DNA of 64,000 nucleotides from a virus (lineage: Duplodnaviria; Caudoviricetes): IMG/VR virus record IMGVR_UViG_3300043786_001845, positions 290 through 64,289 of that record; one strand, written 5' to 3'. A model generated the notes under the pieces. It made no database searches. It saw only the letters and a program-made list of their open reading frames with translations, and had not been told where the DNA came from. The translations under genes and the position numbers were made by a program. Positions 45,906-55,367 of this stretch are shown here, piece after piece (the stretch's first letter is position 1; each line of letters begins with the position of its first letter).

Positions 45906-47066
45906 CAACGTCTCGAAGTCCAACACAAGATCCTCGTTCCGCTTACCGCACGCTGCACAGTTGTAGTCCGGGAGCTTGTAGGACACCTCGAGTTTCTTGG
46001 TGTCGGAGTCGACGGCCTCCACCAGGCTATTCCCGTCGGCCCGCGACAGTCGTCCGATGAGGTTCGACCTGTCCTGCTGGGAAGTGACCGGGAAGAACTG
46101 GGAGGTGTTCGGAACCGGCACTAGCAGCCGCGTGACGTACATCGTCAGCGTGCGAATCGTCTCGGCCCCAGCCAATTCCTGCGGCAGAGCACCGGTGTTC
46201 TTGTCCTGGGACGTGACGAACCACTGGACTCCGTCGAGATAGTCCTGGATGGACGGGTTGCGAATCTCGGCGACGATGCCGGAGTTCGGCAATTTGTACT
46301 GAACAGTGCGCCCGACGAGCGACCCGGCGATGGCGCCGCGGAAGTCGGTGCGGGGGTCCAGCAGGGTGCGGATCTGGGAGTAGACGTCGTCGCTCTCGGC
46401 CCGGACCAGGGTATTGACATCGGCCCGGATCTTGTTCTCGTGCCCGCAGTGGCGGCAGCGAACGTCAAAGTCGTTGTCGCCGGGGTAGGTGGCGGCATAG
46501 AGTCCGTACATCAGCGTATCGTAGTCGCCCTGGGCAGTCTGCTTCAGCCAGTCCGCGAACTTCATCTGGCCGCAGCTGAACTCGCGGATCATACCGAAGA
46601 GCGTTCTCAGAAGCTTCATGCGGGCCGCGTGGGCGTCGACGGATGAGGACTGCAACCGCGCGATATCCTCGAATGCCAGCGCCCCGATCTCGGCGGTGTA
46701 CCCGGACTGGAGAGCTGCGATCTTGAATACCGCGCCGGAATTGGCGCCCACAGCTTTTGTCAGCGCCTCGTGCAGATAGAGCGAGGAAGGGGCGCTGACG
46801 ATGTCGCTGGCCACCACATTCACGGGAGTCAGTTTCGCACCGGAGGGCGCGCTGACTGCCTTGGGCATTTCAATTACAGTCTGGGAGGCAGGCTCTTCGA
46901 GTACATTCTCGGCACTGAATGCGGCTTCCGAGCTGGTCTCTTCGGCGGCGCCGAGAGCGGCGTCGATCTCATCTTCGTCGACCTGGGTGGCAGGTGAAGA
47001 TGCCGCAGCGTTCTCGCGCGCTTGCTGCATGGCACGTTGGAGATTGGAGGGATTTGGTTTCATCAA
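45876..47066 (-). CDS. Baseplate hub / tail assembly chaperone (T4 gp26-like, two CxxC)
   Basis: D.DTL.YG.YAATYPG..F..RCRHCG...CAACG..N; next to the gp25-like gene. Confidence 0.7.
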   Translation of the reverse strand: MMKPNPSNLQRAMQQARENAAASSPATQVDEDEIDAALGAAEETSSEAAFSAENVLEEPASQTVIEMPKAVSAPSGAKLTPVNVVASDIVSAPSSLYLHEALTKAVGANSGAVFKIAALQSGYTAEIGALAFEDIARLQSSSVDAHAARMKLLRTLFGMIREFSCGQMKFADWLKQTAQGDYDTLMYGLYAATYPGDNDFDVRCRHCGHENKIRADVNTLVRAESDDVYSQIRTLLDPRTDFRGAIAGSLVGRTVQYKLPNSGIVAEIRNPSIQDYLDGVQWFVTSQDKNTGALPQELAGAETIRTLTMYVTRLLVPVPNTSQFFPVTSQQDRSNLIGRLSRADGNSLVEAVDSDTKKLEVSYKLPDYNCAACGKRNEDLVLDFETLLFIKLREKE

Positions 47067-47121
47067 TTTTCCATCGGAGACAGCGGGGATCCGCCAATAT
47101 CTACGAGTTCGGACCCGCGCT

Positions 47122-47553
47122 TTAGAGCACCAAGGTCGAGACCACGGATCTCTTCGTGGTTCTCGAGGCAGTCAATGCGAAATCGAATGTCGAGCCGTCG
47201 CTCTCCCCGAGAGATATTCCGACGAGAAGCGTGTTGGTGCCGCCCCTCCCGGTCCTGTCTCGCTTCGCGTCGAGCTTCTCCACGATGAGCGCGGCGATAC
47301 GAACTCCTGGACAGTACGTAGATATGAGACGCGAGGCCTCGTCCTGGATTTCGCTGATGGTCTGGTCGTCTGCGAGCTCCATCAGATAGGTATTCTGGAC
47401 GTTCAGTCCGAACGAGCCGTCTCCAGCTCTGGCGCTCCCGAAGAGCACGTTCTGGATGCGTCGGGCGTCAGCTGCGCTACCGCTCAATGTCTCCACGCCG
47501 CCGCGGTCATTGTATGCCAACTTGAATTCGGTGAGTCCTGGCTTTTTCGGCAT
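47122..47553 (-). CDS. gp25/gpW-like baseplate (sheath initiator) protein
   Basis: 143 aa; IQNVLF...FGLNVQ..YLME...EIQDE...I..YCP pattern. Confidence 0.6.
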   Translation of the reverse strand: MPKKPGLTEFKLAYNDRGGVETLSGSAADARRIQNVLFGSARAGDGSFGLNVQNTYLMELADDQTISEIQDEASRLISTYCPGVRIAALIVEKLDAKRDRTGRGGTNTLLVGISLGESDGSTFDFALTASRTTKRSVVSTLVL

Positions 47554-47584
47554 CTGGTTTCTCTTATCGGAGCTTCTCGCACAT

Positions 47585-47596
47585 TATCCGAATGTT
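47585..47596 (-). promoter_or_regulatory. Late promoter motif AACA-TTCGGA-TA
   Basis: Motif ~30 bp upstream of ATG 47553. Confidence 0.65.
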
Positions 47597-47603
47597 CGCG
47601 CCT

Positions 47604-47826
47604 GCGCGCGCTCACGCGCGGTACTGCGGTATAATCTCCTAAAAGGTCTTTATCTCTCTCATCTATCTGAGAAAATTAGGAGAAAAAAGGAGAAGTAGAA
47701 AACAGTAGAGTAAGGGGTTTTGAAGTATTATGTATATAAGTAATATACCTTATATAGATTTACTTTATAGAATATAAGAAAATAGAAATTCCGGATAGCG
47801 CGCGTGAGCGCGCGCTCACGCGCGCT
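47604..47826. other. Candidate replication origin or packaging site
   Basis: ~160-bp very AT-rich non-coding core, flanked by GCGCGCGCTCACGCGCG (47604-47620) and a perfect 30-bp palindrome built from the same unit (47797-47826). Confidence 0.5.
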
Positions 47827-47893
47827 GGCGAGAGAAAGAACGCAGTCAGAGCCTCAGGTGAGAAAGCTCCAATTCCAGATATAGGACGCGACG

Positions 47894-48655
47894 ATGAACA
47901 AGAGAAAATTCAGAGATCCGCTGTCGGGACGACGCTTCGCCAGCGAGAAATCCTGCATCGAGGCGCTGGAGCGAGACCACGGCCCCCAGCTGTCCGCATT
48001 CCGCGTGACTGCCAGGCAGCTCTGCTTCAATTCCAGAAATCGACTCGCACTCGGCACCAGGAATGGAAAGAGCGTCCTGAGTGGACGCCCGACGGAATGG
48101 AACGAGAAAGCCGGACGCTACGAGCGCTTCGCCGATGATGCTGAGCGCCAGCAATACAGAAAGATGTTCCTGGAGAGAATGAGATCGACCTACGGAAAAG
48201 ACCATCTACTGGACGATCCAGACCGCCAGCGAATGATGCTTGCGAACCGGTCCATATCTGGGAAATACCGCTTCGCCGACGGCTCGGAGAAGACGTACAC
48301 CGGCCAGGAGGAGCTCGCTCTTCTCCGATTCCTAAACGAGGCACTGGAGTGGCCGGGCGCCGACGTCCACTGCCCGGCCCCCCAGAACTTCCCCTACGAG
48401 GACGGTGACGGAGCCCGCCACTGGTACATCCCAGACGCTTACATCGAGACTCTCAATCTCGTGGTGGAGGTCAAGGGAGAAATGCACGACGGCTATCGCT
48501 CCAGAGACATCGCTGTGGAGAGGACGAAAGATGAGATACTCGGCACGAGCGGCTTCGCCTACGTGAAAGTGGAGAGCCAGGACTACGCCGATTTGCTGGA
48601 CGCAATGGCCTCCGCCTCCGCGAAGCTGGAAACGAGCACGGACGGCGGAAGGTAG
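47894..48655 (+). CDS. PD-(D/E)XK nuclease-family protein (TnsA/head-completion-like)
   Basis: E...L.FL...Y...RHWYIPDAYI...VVEVKG. Confidence 0.7.
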   Translation: MNKRKFRDPLSGRRFASEKSCIEALERDHGPQLSAFRVTARQLCFNSRNRLALGTRNGKSVLSGRPTEWNEKAGRYERFADDAERQQYRKMFLERMRSTYGKDHLLDDPDRQRMMLANRSISGKYRFADGSEKTYTGQEELALLRFLNEALEWPGADVHCPAPQNFPYEDGDGARHWYIPDAYIETLNLVVEVKGEMHDGYRSRDIAVERTKDEILGTSGFAYVKVESQDYADLLDAMASASAKLETSTDGGR

Positions 48656-48743
48656 GGACGCATCGTCGGATAAATTACAATACAGCCTTCACGGTCAAGG
48701 GTGGGACAATGCGATTACCAATCGCTTTCCAAGCCAATTTCAA

Positions 48744-49172
48744 ATGAAGGAAGAATGCATGATACACGATGCATTTCTCAGGATGCTTGCGATCGACCCA
48801 CGCGATTACGACGACTTCCTCTATCGTGTTCCAGCCGATGCCAAGGAGCGCGCCCTCCAGGATGCCATCCGCACCCTGGAGGATCTCGTAAATGTATTCG
48901 AATTGAACATTGAAAATGCTTTCGCAAGGCTGGACAGGAAAATAGCGGCGGTGACGGCGCTCCTGGCGGCCATCGAGAGCGACCAGGCCATCTTCTTCAG
49001 CCCGGCGGCCATCGAGGAGCGGCAGCTCGAGAAGGAATTCAATATGTGGAAGGAGCGCAACAGGTCCAAGCTTGAGGGAAAGTACGGCAAGAGATGGGAG
49101 ACGGTCGTGTCCGCCGCGGCCATTCGCGTCTACGGCTCCCAGTGGAAGAAAATCATTCTTGAAAAGGAATAA
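48744..49172 (+). CDS. Hypothetical protein
   Basis: 142-aa helical ORF. Confidence 0.6.
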   Translation: MKEECMIHDAFLRMLAIDPRDYDDFLYRVPADAKERALQDAIRTLEDLVNVFELNIENAFARLDRKIAAVTALLAAIESDQAIFFSPAAIEERQLEKEFNMWKERNRSKLEGKYGKRWETVVSAAAIRVYGSQWKKIILEKE

Positions 49173-49177
49173 GGTAA

Positions 49178-49681
49178 ATGATCATGGAAGATTTCATCAT
49201 AATGGATCTCCGCGAGGACACGCACTACAGCGGCGGGACGACGGTCGCAGCCCGGCTGGTCCGCACCGTCGCCGATCTCTACGCCACGATGTACCTCTCC
49301 CACGCGGCCCACTGGAACGTCATGGGCTCCGGCTTCCAGCACTATCACGCTCTCTTCAAAGAGTCCTACGAGCAAGTTTACGACGCGATAGACGATACGG
49401 CGGAGCAAGCTCGAATGATGGGGGCGTTCCTCCCCAGATCCATCCCGGACCTTCTTGCTACATCGGCCGTCCCGCTCCCGGCTTCAGAAGACAATGTTGA
49501 ATCTCACGTCACAGCCCTTATCGGGGCGCACTCTGCCCTCAAGCAGAAATGGGACGACCTGGCAACCAACTCCGGTGGGGACGCCGGACTGAACGACCTC
49601 GCCGGAAGAATGTCTGGAATGCACTCGAAGATGATGTGGAAGCTACGCAGTTCCCTTGGTCCTGCCAGAACAGCACCATAA
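49178..49681 (+). CDS. dps: Dps/ferritin-like protein
   Basis: HWNVMG..F..YH.LF...Y......D..AE..R..G ferroxidase signature. Confidence 0.88.
   Translation: MIMEDFIIMDLREDTHYSGGTTVAARLVRTVADLYATMYLSHAAHWNVMGSGFQHYHALFKESYEQVYDAIDDTAEQARMMGAFLPRSIPDLLATSAVPLPASEDNVESHVTALIGAHSALKQKWDDLATNSGGDAGLNDLAGRMSGMHSKMMWKLRSSLGPARTAP
49669..49680 (+). promoter_or_regulatory. Late promoter motif AACA-GCACCA-TA
   Basis: Motif ~55 bp upstream of ATG 49736. Confidence 0.55.
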
Positions 49682-49735
49682 GAATGGCCGCCTCATTGGT
49701 CCTTTTCGCTTCCCGCAAATCTCCCAGCCCTGATT

Positions 49736-50374
49736 ATGAGCCAACTTCCCTTCGGGCCGCAGGTGCTCCCGCAGCCCCCCGCTCATAGCGCGGCCTCGGG
49801 AGACCTGGCGCTGGCCTACATCAATTCACTGACCTCACGCATCGAGCGCACCGAGGACGATTTCGTAAACCATATCAAGAAGATCGAGAACAGACTTGAC
49901 CAGCTGATCGATCTGATGAAGGCGGTCGCCACGCTCCAGCAGCAGATCGCCACGCACTCTGACGTTCTGACCGAGCTGCGTTCGTCGCAGCGAGACCAGT
50001 CCGCCCGTCTTGAACAGAATTTGGTGCGTGCCCACGAACGGGTCGACGAAGCGATCGACAGCATCTCCGGTAAGGTCGCGAATACCACCTCGAAGTTCGA
50101 AGAGAAAGTGGCCGCGTTGGACAAGAACGTCGCAGAGAGCGAGCGCAGCCTTCAGAAATGGCTGAACCGCGGCTTCGGCGCCTGGGCCGTCTCGGTGCTG
50201 GTTCTCGGGTCGGTCCAGTTCTTCGGGTCCAGGTGGCTCGATCGCATCGACCAGGACCGGGCCGAGACCCAGGCCGCGATCGCCTCTCTCAAGATCGAGA
50301 CGAGCGAGATGAAGCACACCCTGCAGATGCTCCTCGAGGACCGCCACGAGAAAAACTCCGTCAAGAAGGACTGA
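49736..50374 (+). CDS. Coiled-coil protein with one TM helix
   Basis: Heptad-like pattern; GFGAWAVSVLVLGSVQFFG hydrophobic segment. Confidence 0.65.
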   Translation: MSQLPFGPQVLPQPPAHSAASGDLALAYINSLTSRIERTEDDFVNHIKKIENRLDQLIDLMKAVATLQQQIATHSDVLTELRSSQRDQSARLEQNLVRAHERVDEAIDSISGKVANTTSKFEEKVAALDKNVAESERSLQKWLNRGFGAWAVSVLVLGSVQFFGSRWLDRIDQDRAETQAAIASLKIETSEMKHTLQMLLEDRHEKNSVKKD

Positions 50375-50410
50375 GACGGTTCCCATTCAAACTTCCAGAT
50401 GGTAATTCTC

Positions 50411-50863
50411 ATGGCACTATTCATCCTCAGGGAACACGACTCCCGAAGCATTCTCCGGGAGGGGGCCACCCAGGTGCTCCGCAACCTCGCTACCGGCAAC
50501 ATCGAGGAAGAAATCGACGAGCTCGAAAAGGACGCGAAGGACATCCACACGCCGGAGCAGCAGCGACTGGTCGTGACGAAGATCGCCCGTCTCATCGAGA
50601 AGTTGGTCGTTCTCCGGCACAATCCCGGCTTTGTCCAGAAAACCGTGCACGACTCCATCTCCTGGTTCGGCCGCGTCGTTGGCCGCGACGATGCCGCGAA
50701 GGAGCTCAGTACACGCACCTCCGAGGAGCTTCGGCGTCTGGCTACGTTGCGCGATCGCGTGCTGGCGAAGAAGTGGTCCGACGACGCTTCCAACGAGAAG
50801 CTCGAGAACTTGAAGAAGCAAGCTGAAGATCTGATCGACGGCGCCGCGCGGCAGGAGCTGTGA
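50411..50863 (+). CDS. Hypothetical, probably virion protein
   Basis: Charged helical protein in a late operon; ILRE motifs near the N-terminus. Confidence 0.55.
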   Translation: MALFILREHDSRSILREGATQVLRNLATGNIEEEIDELEKDAKDIHTPEQQRLVVTKIARLIEKLVVLRHNPGFVQKTVHDSISWFGRVVGRDDAAKELSTRTSEELRRLATLRDRVLAKKWSDDASNEKLENLKKQAEDLIDGAARQEL

Positions 50864-50866
50864 GTC

Positions 50867-52264
50867 ATGTCGAAGCTCTACCTGCTCGCCACCAATACGA
50901 AGAAGGTGATCTCCCACCTCATCACTGGCGTGACGGGCGAGCGCTTCAATCACGCGTCAGTGGCCCTCGACCCGAGTCTCCGCGAGTGCTATTCGTTCTC
51001 GATGGGAGCGGGCGGGTTCGTCGTTGAGAATCCGTCAGTGTGGCCAAGTGGTACGGAGTTTCTGCTCCACGAGGTCGAGGTCACGCCAGCCGGCCTTCGC
51101 GCCGCGCGGTCTCGAATCGAGAAGGAAGCTGCCGGCGAGCGTGGGTTTTCCTACACCGGCATGCTGGGAGTGGTCCTTCGGCGGCCGATCGAGAGTGACG
51201 ACGCGCTTTTCTGTTCAGAATTCGTCGAACGCGTTTGCGTGGCCGCCGGACTCGCTCCGTCGGTCGCCAATCCGGCCCTGGCGACACCGGTTGGAGTGGT
51301 CGCCCGCGCCGATTCTAAAAAGATCGCCAGCGGCATGCTGCACCGTTACATAGCTGCGCATCAAGTAGAGAGAAATTTCCCGATGATCCTCCGAACAGAG
51401 ACTGCCGAATACGAAATGGGAGCCCTTACGGAGGGCGTGCTCGGAGACTGGTCCAAGAAGATCTCCGACCTCTCGAAGTCCAGCATCGACGCCGCGGTCT
51501 CCTCGTGGGAGAAGAAGGTGGCGGAGTCGGAGGCCGGTCTTGCGAAGGGCGGATTCGACATGGCGCGGTTCAGGGCGCACTGCGAGAAAGAAGCCTCGCG
51601 ACTGGAGCGGATCTTCGCGCCGACTGGCGGTTTCAGAGAGAGTGTTGGGGAAAATGCCGCGCCGACCTTTCAGAAACTCTCGAAGGAGGTCTCCCTCAGC
51701 TTCTCCACCGTGTTCAGGTCCATGTACGACGACCTCGGGGAGGAGGGTGAAATACCCGCCGGACTGGCTATGTTCATGGTGATACTGGCCGCCCAGATTA
51801 TCGTCGCCCCTATCGGATTCCTATTGTTAGGACCGTGGGGGGGACAGGTGTTCCTCGCCGTGGTCGCGGCTCCGCTGACCGAGGAGCTGGGGCGGCGCCT
51901 GCTCATCAAGCAGGGAAAGGGGCTGGCCGCCTACACGCTCACGATCAACGTCTTCGAGTTCCTCACCTACACCCGGACCATGCTCGCAATGGGTTACAGC
52001 CTGGGCTCCGCTGTGCTCATCAGGGGCACGGTCGCCGTGATCCACCAGCTTCTCGGCGCTCTTCAGAAGTGGGGCTACATCCGGGACCTGCAGATGGGGG
52101 TGAGCCCGGAGAAGGCTGGTGAGAAAGAATTCTACCTGGCTATTCTCGCGCACTCTCTCTACAACCTATTCAGTACTCCGATATGGGACGCCATCGTTCC
52201 CCCTCCCGTAAGAGAGTCTGCATCGGACGAGTACTTCGCGACCTCGCTGGAGCTCGCCATCTAG
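50867..52264 (+). CDS. Fusion: permuted papain-like (YiiX/NlpC-P60) domain + PrsW/CPBP-like intramembrane protease domain
   Basis: FNHASVAL ... FCSEFV (His before Cys); C-terminal TM helices with APLTEELGRR, FE, IHQ and AHSLYNL. Confidence 0.65.
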   Translation: MSKLYLLATNTKKVISHLITGVTGERFNHASVALDPSLRECYSFSMGAGGFVVENPSVWPSGTEFLLHEVEVTPAGLRAARSRIEKEAAGERGFSYTGMLGVVLRRPIESDDALFCSEFVERVCVAAGLAPSVANPALATPVGVVARADSKKIASGMLHRYIAAHQVERNFPMILRTETAEYEMGALTEGVLGDWSKKISDLSKSSIDAAVSSWEKKVAESEAGLAKGGFDMARFRAHCEKEASRLERIFAPTGGFRESVGENAAPTFQKLSKEVSLSFSTVFRSMYDDLGEEGEIPAGLAMFMVILAAQIIVAPIGFLLLGPWGGQVFLAVVAAPLTEELGRRLLIKQGKGLAAYTLTINVFEFLTYTRTMLAMGYSLGSAVLIRGTVAVIHQLLGALQKWGYIRDLQMGVSPEKAGEKEFYLAILAHSLYNLFSTPIWDAIVPPPVRESASDEYFATSLELAI

Positions 52265-52300
52265 TGCGGCGCGACTTTTAGAGCGGACAGACTCATGCTT

Positions 52301-52312
52301 AACATTCTTCTG
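52301..52312 (+). promoter_or_regulatory. Late promoter motif AACA-TTCTTC-TG
   Basis: Motif ~20 bp upstream of ATG 52333. Confidence 0.65.
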
Positions 52313-52332
52313 ATACTACCTCGGAGGAATGT

Positions 52333-53478
52333 ATGACACACCAGCACTCGTTCGGATCGCCCGAGGGCCAGTCGGCCCTCGGGTCCCTCATCGGCCTGCG
52401 CCGCCCCCGCTACGATGTCCTCGACGAGGTCCTCGCGCCATTTCTGGATGCCCAGACCACGGGTGAGGACCTGTACGTCTTCATCAATCTCAACTCAGCT
52501 CTCCGCCAGCTGTTCAGCGAGTACACCGTCGCGAAGCTCACGCGCGGCGAGCTGAACCGGCACCCGCGCGTCCTCGCCGCGGAGCTGGTCAATCTCGCAG
52601 GCCACTACAGGAACTACGCCTGGAAGATGTTCAACAAGAGGACGACCGTCCTTCTCTACCACTCCACGTGCCGGTGCGACCGGAAGATCGCCGTGTCCGC
52701 CGACTACAAGGAGAGGCTGTACGCGAAACGGCTTGGGCCGGTCGCCGACGAGTACGAGGTCATCCGACGGTACGTGGCCTTCAACCTCCTCATCGCCCGC
52801 GAGCTGTTCGACCGCGTCCCACACATGCACCTGGTCGACACCGGGCAGATCGACCCGGAGGCGTGGCCCGAGACGCTCCTCGCGGCGGGGCGCGTCCCCG
52901 GCCCGTCGCTGATCCTGAGCTCGTGGAACTGCGACCTCGCCTACGCCGCGAGGCCTGCCGAGGTGGGGTCGGGGCGAGGCATCGCTGTGATCAAGGCGGC
53001 CGGAGACCACACACGCGTCATTACGCACGAAGGCGTGTTCCTGGAGGCGCTCCGCGGGTCGAAGACGGCCGAGGCTCTCTCCTCCAGGCTGGACCCCGGC
53101 CACTTCCCATACGTCCTCACCCTCGCCGGAGAGGAGGACCTCGGAGTGCGCGGCATCCAGAAGGTCGGCATGTCCCGCGCCGCCAAGCTCGTGGCCGACC
53201 GCGTGGCCGAGGGCCGCCTTCCCCCGGACGCGCCGTCGCTCGGGGCGCTGCTCGAGGACGGGAAAATCGCGGTGGAGAACCATTCGATAGTGGAGGCCAG
53301 CTGGCGGCTGCTGGTTCACACCTCACACGCGGCCGAGGTTCAGCCGGCCGAGGAGGCATCGATCGATGCTCAGCTCGTCAATCGCAGCGGTATCGGCGAG
53401 CTGGAGCAGGCAAACGCGAAGTACTTCCACGGCTCTCCGGTGAATCTCGAGATGTGCTACGCCGGCGAGACGTACTGA
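52333..53478 (+). CDS. 5'-3' exonuclease/FEN-like protein, divergent
   Basis: H3TH-like LAGEEDLGVRGIQKVG..RA; ELVNLAGHYR; YK..R. Several catalytic acids look substituted (FINLN). Confidence 0.55.
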   Translation: MTHQHSFGSPEGQSALGSLIGLRRPRYDVLDEVLAPFLDAQTTGEDLYVFINLNSALRQLFSEYTVAKLTRGELNRHPRVLAAELVNLAGHYRNYAWKMFNKRTTVLLYHSTCRCDRKIAVSADYKERLYAKRLGPVADEYEVIRRYVAFNLLIARELFDRVPHMHLVDTGQIDPEAWPETLLAAGRVPGPSLILSSWNCDLAYAARPAEVGSGRGIAVIKAAGDHTRVITHEGVFLEALRGSKTAEALSSRLDPGHFPYVLTLAGEEDLGVRGIQKVGMSRAAKLVADRVAEGRLPPDAPSLGALLEDGKIAVENHSIVEASWRLLVHTSHAAEVQPAEEASIDAQLVNRSGIGELEQANAKYFHGSPVNLEMCYAGETY

Positions 53479-53539
53479 CCGCATCGCCCGGGCGCCATGG
53501 CGCTCGGGCTTTGTCTCTTCATTTTTATTGTGTACAGCG

Positions 53540-55315
53540 ATGACCATGCCAGAGATACAAGGAAAATTCCGGAGACACCGATACACAGTCAGCCTGGTTC
53601 TCGTCCCGAGCGGGGCTGGAGAGGCCGACGCGGTCCTCCTCGACAGAGCGGTGACCGAGCTTCGGATCTACAAGGACTACGACAACCACGTCTTCCCATA
53701 CCTCCGGCTCGAGCTCGGCGTGTCCACGGCCCAGGCCAGAACCATCCAGGCCGAGTGGCGGACCGCCCGCCTGTACCTGGGCGTCAAGAAGTGGTACGTG
53801 TCCGACGGTGCGGCGGACTCCGGCGAGCTGGTGGACGCATTCGATGACTACCTGAAGAACGCCGAGTTCCAGATCATGACGCTGGAGGGAGGGCTTCCCA
53901 GGACCCCGTTCTATCAGGAAAACGACATCCCGGAGGACCTCCCGGCCACGATCATGACGATGGAGATCGCGCCCACCATCGCGCTGTCCATCAACAAGCG
54001 GATAAACAACGGCGTGTACCACGCCACGACTCTCGGCGAGGTGGTGATGCACCTCACCGCGGACAACAAGCCGGAGGCGAAGCGCTACCCGTTCTTCTTC
54101 GCTCCGCCGGACAATCCGAAGAAGTACGAGAACGTGCTGGTCCCGCCGCTGACGTACGTCCGGGCTCTGCGGTACCTCGACGAGGTGCACGGTCTGTACG
54201 CCGGGACCCTCTCCGTGTTCCTCGACACGAGCGCCGGGTACGTCCTGAGCTCCGCCAAGAAGATCACCCCAGACAGCGGGATCAAGTCTGTCGTCCTCGA
54301 GCTCATGTCTGCCGACGAGGCCGGCCCGGGTGACGTGTTCGGGAGTGCCAGTGACGAGGGCGGCACGGCCCGCCTGCGGACCGGGCAGCGGATAGCGATG
54401 AGCGCCGACGGGCCGGCGCGCAAGGAGACGATCGGAGAGGCGGTGAAGCTCGTCGAGGCGAACCACCGCGAGAAATCCGGGAGCGACTGCCGGAGCCTCG
54501 TACCGGACGGTGTGCTATCGTCGAAGACCCCGAAGGAACGCGTGGCCTGGCAGGCGTACGACAATCCGATGACGGCAGAGAAGCTGCGCGTCGCCGCTCG
54601 CGAGGCGTATGCTCCGGCCACCGTGCGGTTCGACGGGGTGGACCTGGCGGCCTTCGCGCCTGGGCTCGAGTGGTCGGTCATCACCGCTGACCCGACCCTC
54701 ACGCCGCTGACCGGGGCGTGGCGGGTGAAGGCCGTCGAGATCGTCCTCCAGTCGAGCGCCGGGTCGGACGAGTCGGCTGAGCCGCACGTCTCCGCGACGA
54801 TCGTCCCGACGGCCCTGGCGAAGGACTCCGCCGGAAAGACGGCCGCGCCACAAGGTCTCCCCCCGGGCTCCCCCATGAACGTCGCGGCAGCCCCCGCCCT
54901 CCGCACCGAGACTGCCCCACCGGCCACTGCAGCGGAGGCCGCGTACAACAGTGGAGGGGGCGCCCCACCGAGGCAGCCGTCGGCACAGTCTGGGCCAACG
55001 GCGACGGCCGTCTCGCCGGTGGCCCTCGCGGCAGCCGGGCCTTCGCCAGCGACGAGCCTCTCCCAGGCTGGCGCAGAGGACGAGCAAAAATACAAAGAGA
55101 TGGCGCTCGCCGATACCTGGAATCGGAAGAGTAGGGCGGAAGCCGAGATCGGCGAGATCTCTCAGGATTCTCAGCGCCTGCAGGACAAGCTGGCGGTGGA
55201 GCGAAGCCCGATCGTCCGCGCCGAGCTCCGCGGGCTCCTGAGGGAGAACGAAGAGAGGACTGCGACCCTCCAGAGTGCGGTCACTGCGTATGACCAGTTC
55301 ATCGAGTCGGTGTGA
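53540..55315 (+). CDS. Putative baseplate hub/tail protein with low-complexity linker and helical C-terminus
   Basis: IYKDYDN..FPY, PPDN...Y..VL.PP; long A/P-rich stretch. Function inferred. Confidence 0.5.
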   Translation: MTMPEIQGKFRRHRYTVSLVLVPSGAGEADAVLLDRAVTELRIYKDYDNHVFPYLRLELGVSTAQARTIQAEWRTARLYLGVKKWYVSDGAADSGELVDAFDDYLKNAEFQIMTLEGGLPRTPFYQENDIPEDLPATIMTMEIAPTIALSINKRINNGVYHATTLGEVVMHLTADNKPEAKRYPFFFAPPDNPKKYENVLVPPLTYVRALRYLDEVHGLYAGTLSVFLDTSAGYVLSSAKKITPDSGIKSVVLELMSADEAGPGDVFGSASDEGGTARLRTGQRIAMSADGPARKETIGEAVKLVEANHREKSGSDCRSLVPDGVLSSKTPKERVAWQAYDNPMTAEKLRVAAREAYAPATVRFDGVDLAAFAPGLEWSVITADPTLTPLTGAWRVKAVEIVLQSSAGSDESAEPHVSATIVPTALAKDSAGKTAAPQGLPPGSPMNVAAAPALRTETAPPATAAEAAYNSGGGAPPRQPSAQSGPTATAVSPVALAAAGPSPATSLSQAGAEDEQKYKEMALADTWNRKSRAEAEIGEISQDSQRLQDKLAVERSPIVRAELRGLLRENEERTATLQSAVTAYDQFIESV

Positions 55316-55316
55316 G

Positions 55317-55345
55317 AAAAGCCCCATCCCTCGCGGGATGGGGCT
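55317..55345. terminator. Bidirectional terminator
   Basis: AAAAGCCCCATCCC-tcgc-GGGATGGGGCT between convergent genes. Confidence 0.75.
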
Positions 55346-55367
55346 CGTCTTACTTCTTGCGCGGGAA

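Noticed and set aside
10175-55345. Shared GCCCCATCCC stem at 10175 and 55321 as a mobile repeat family
   Set aside because: Only two short copies, both explained as terminators between convergent genes.
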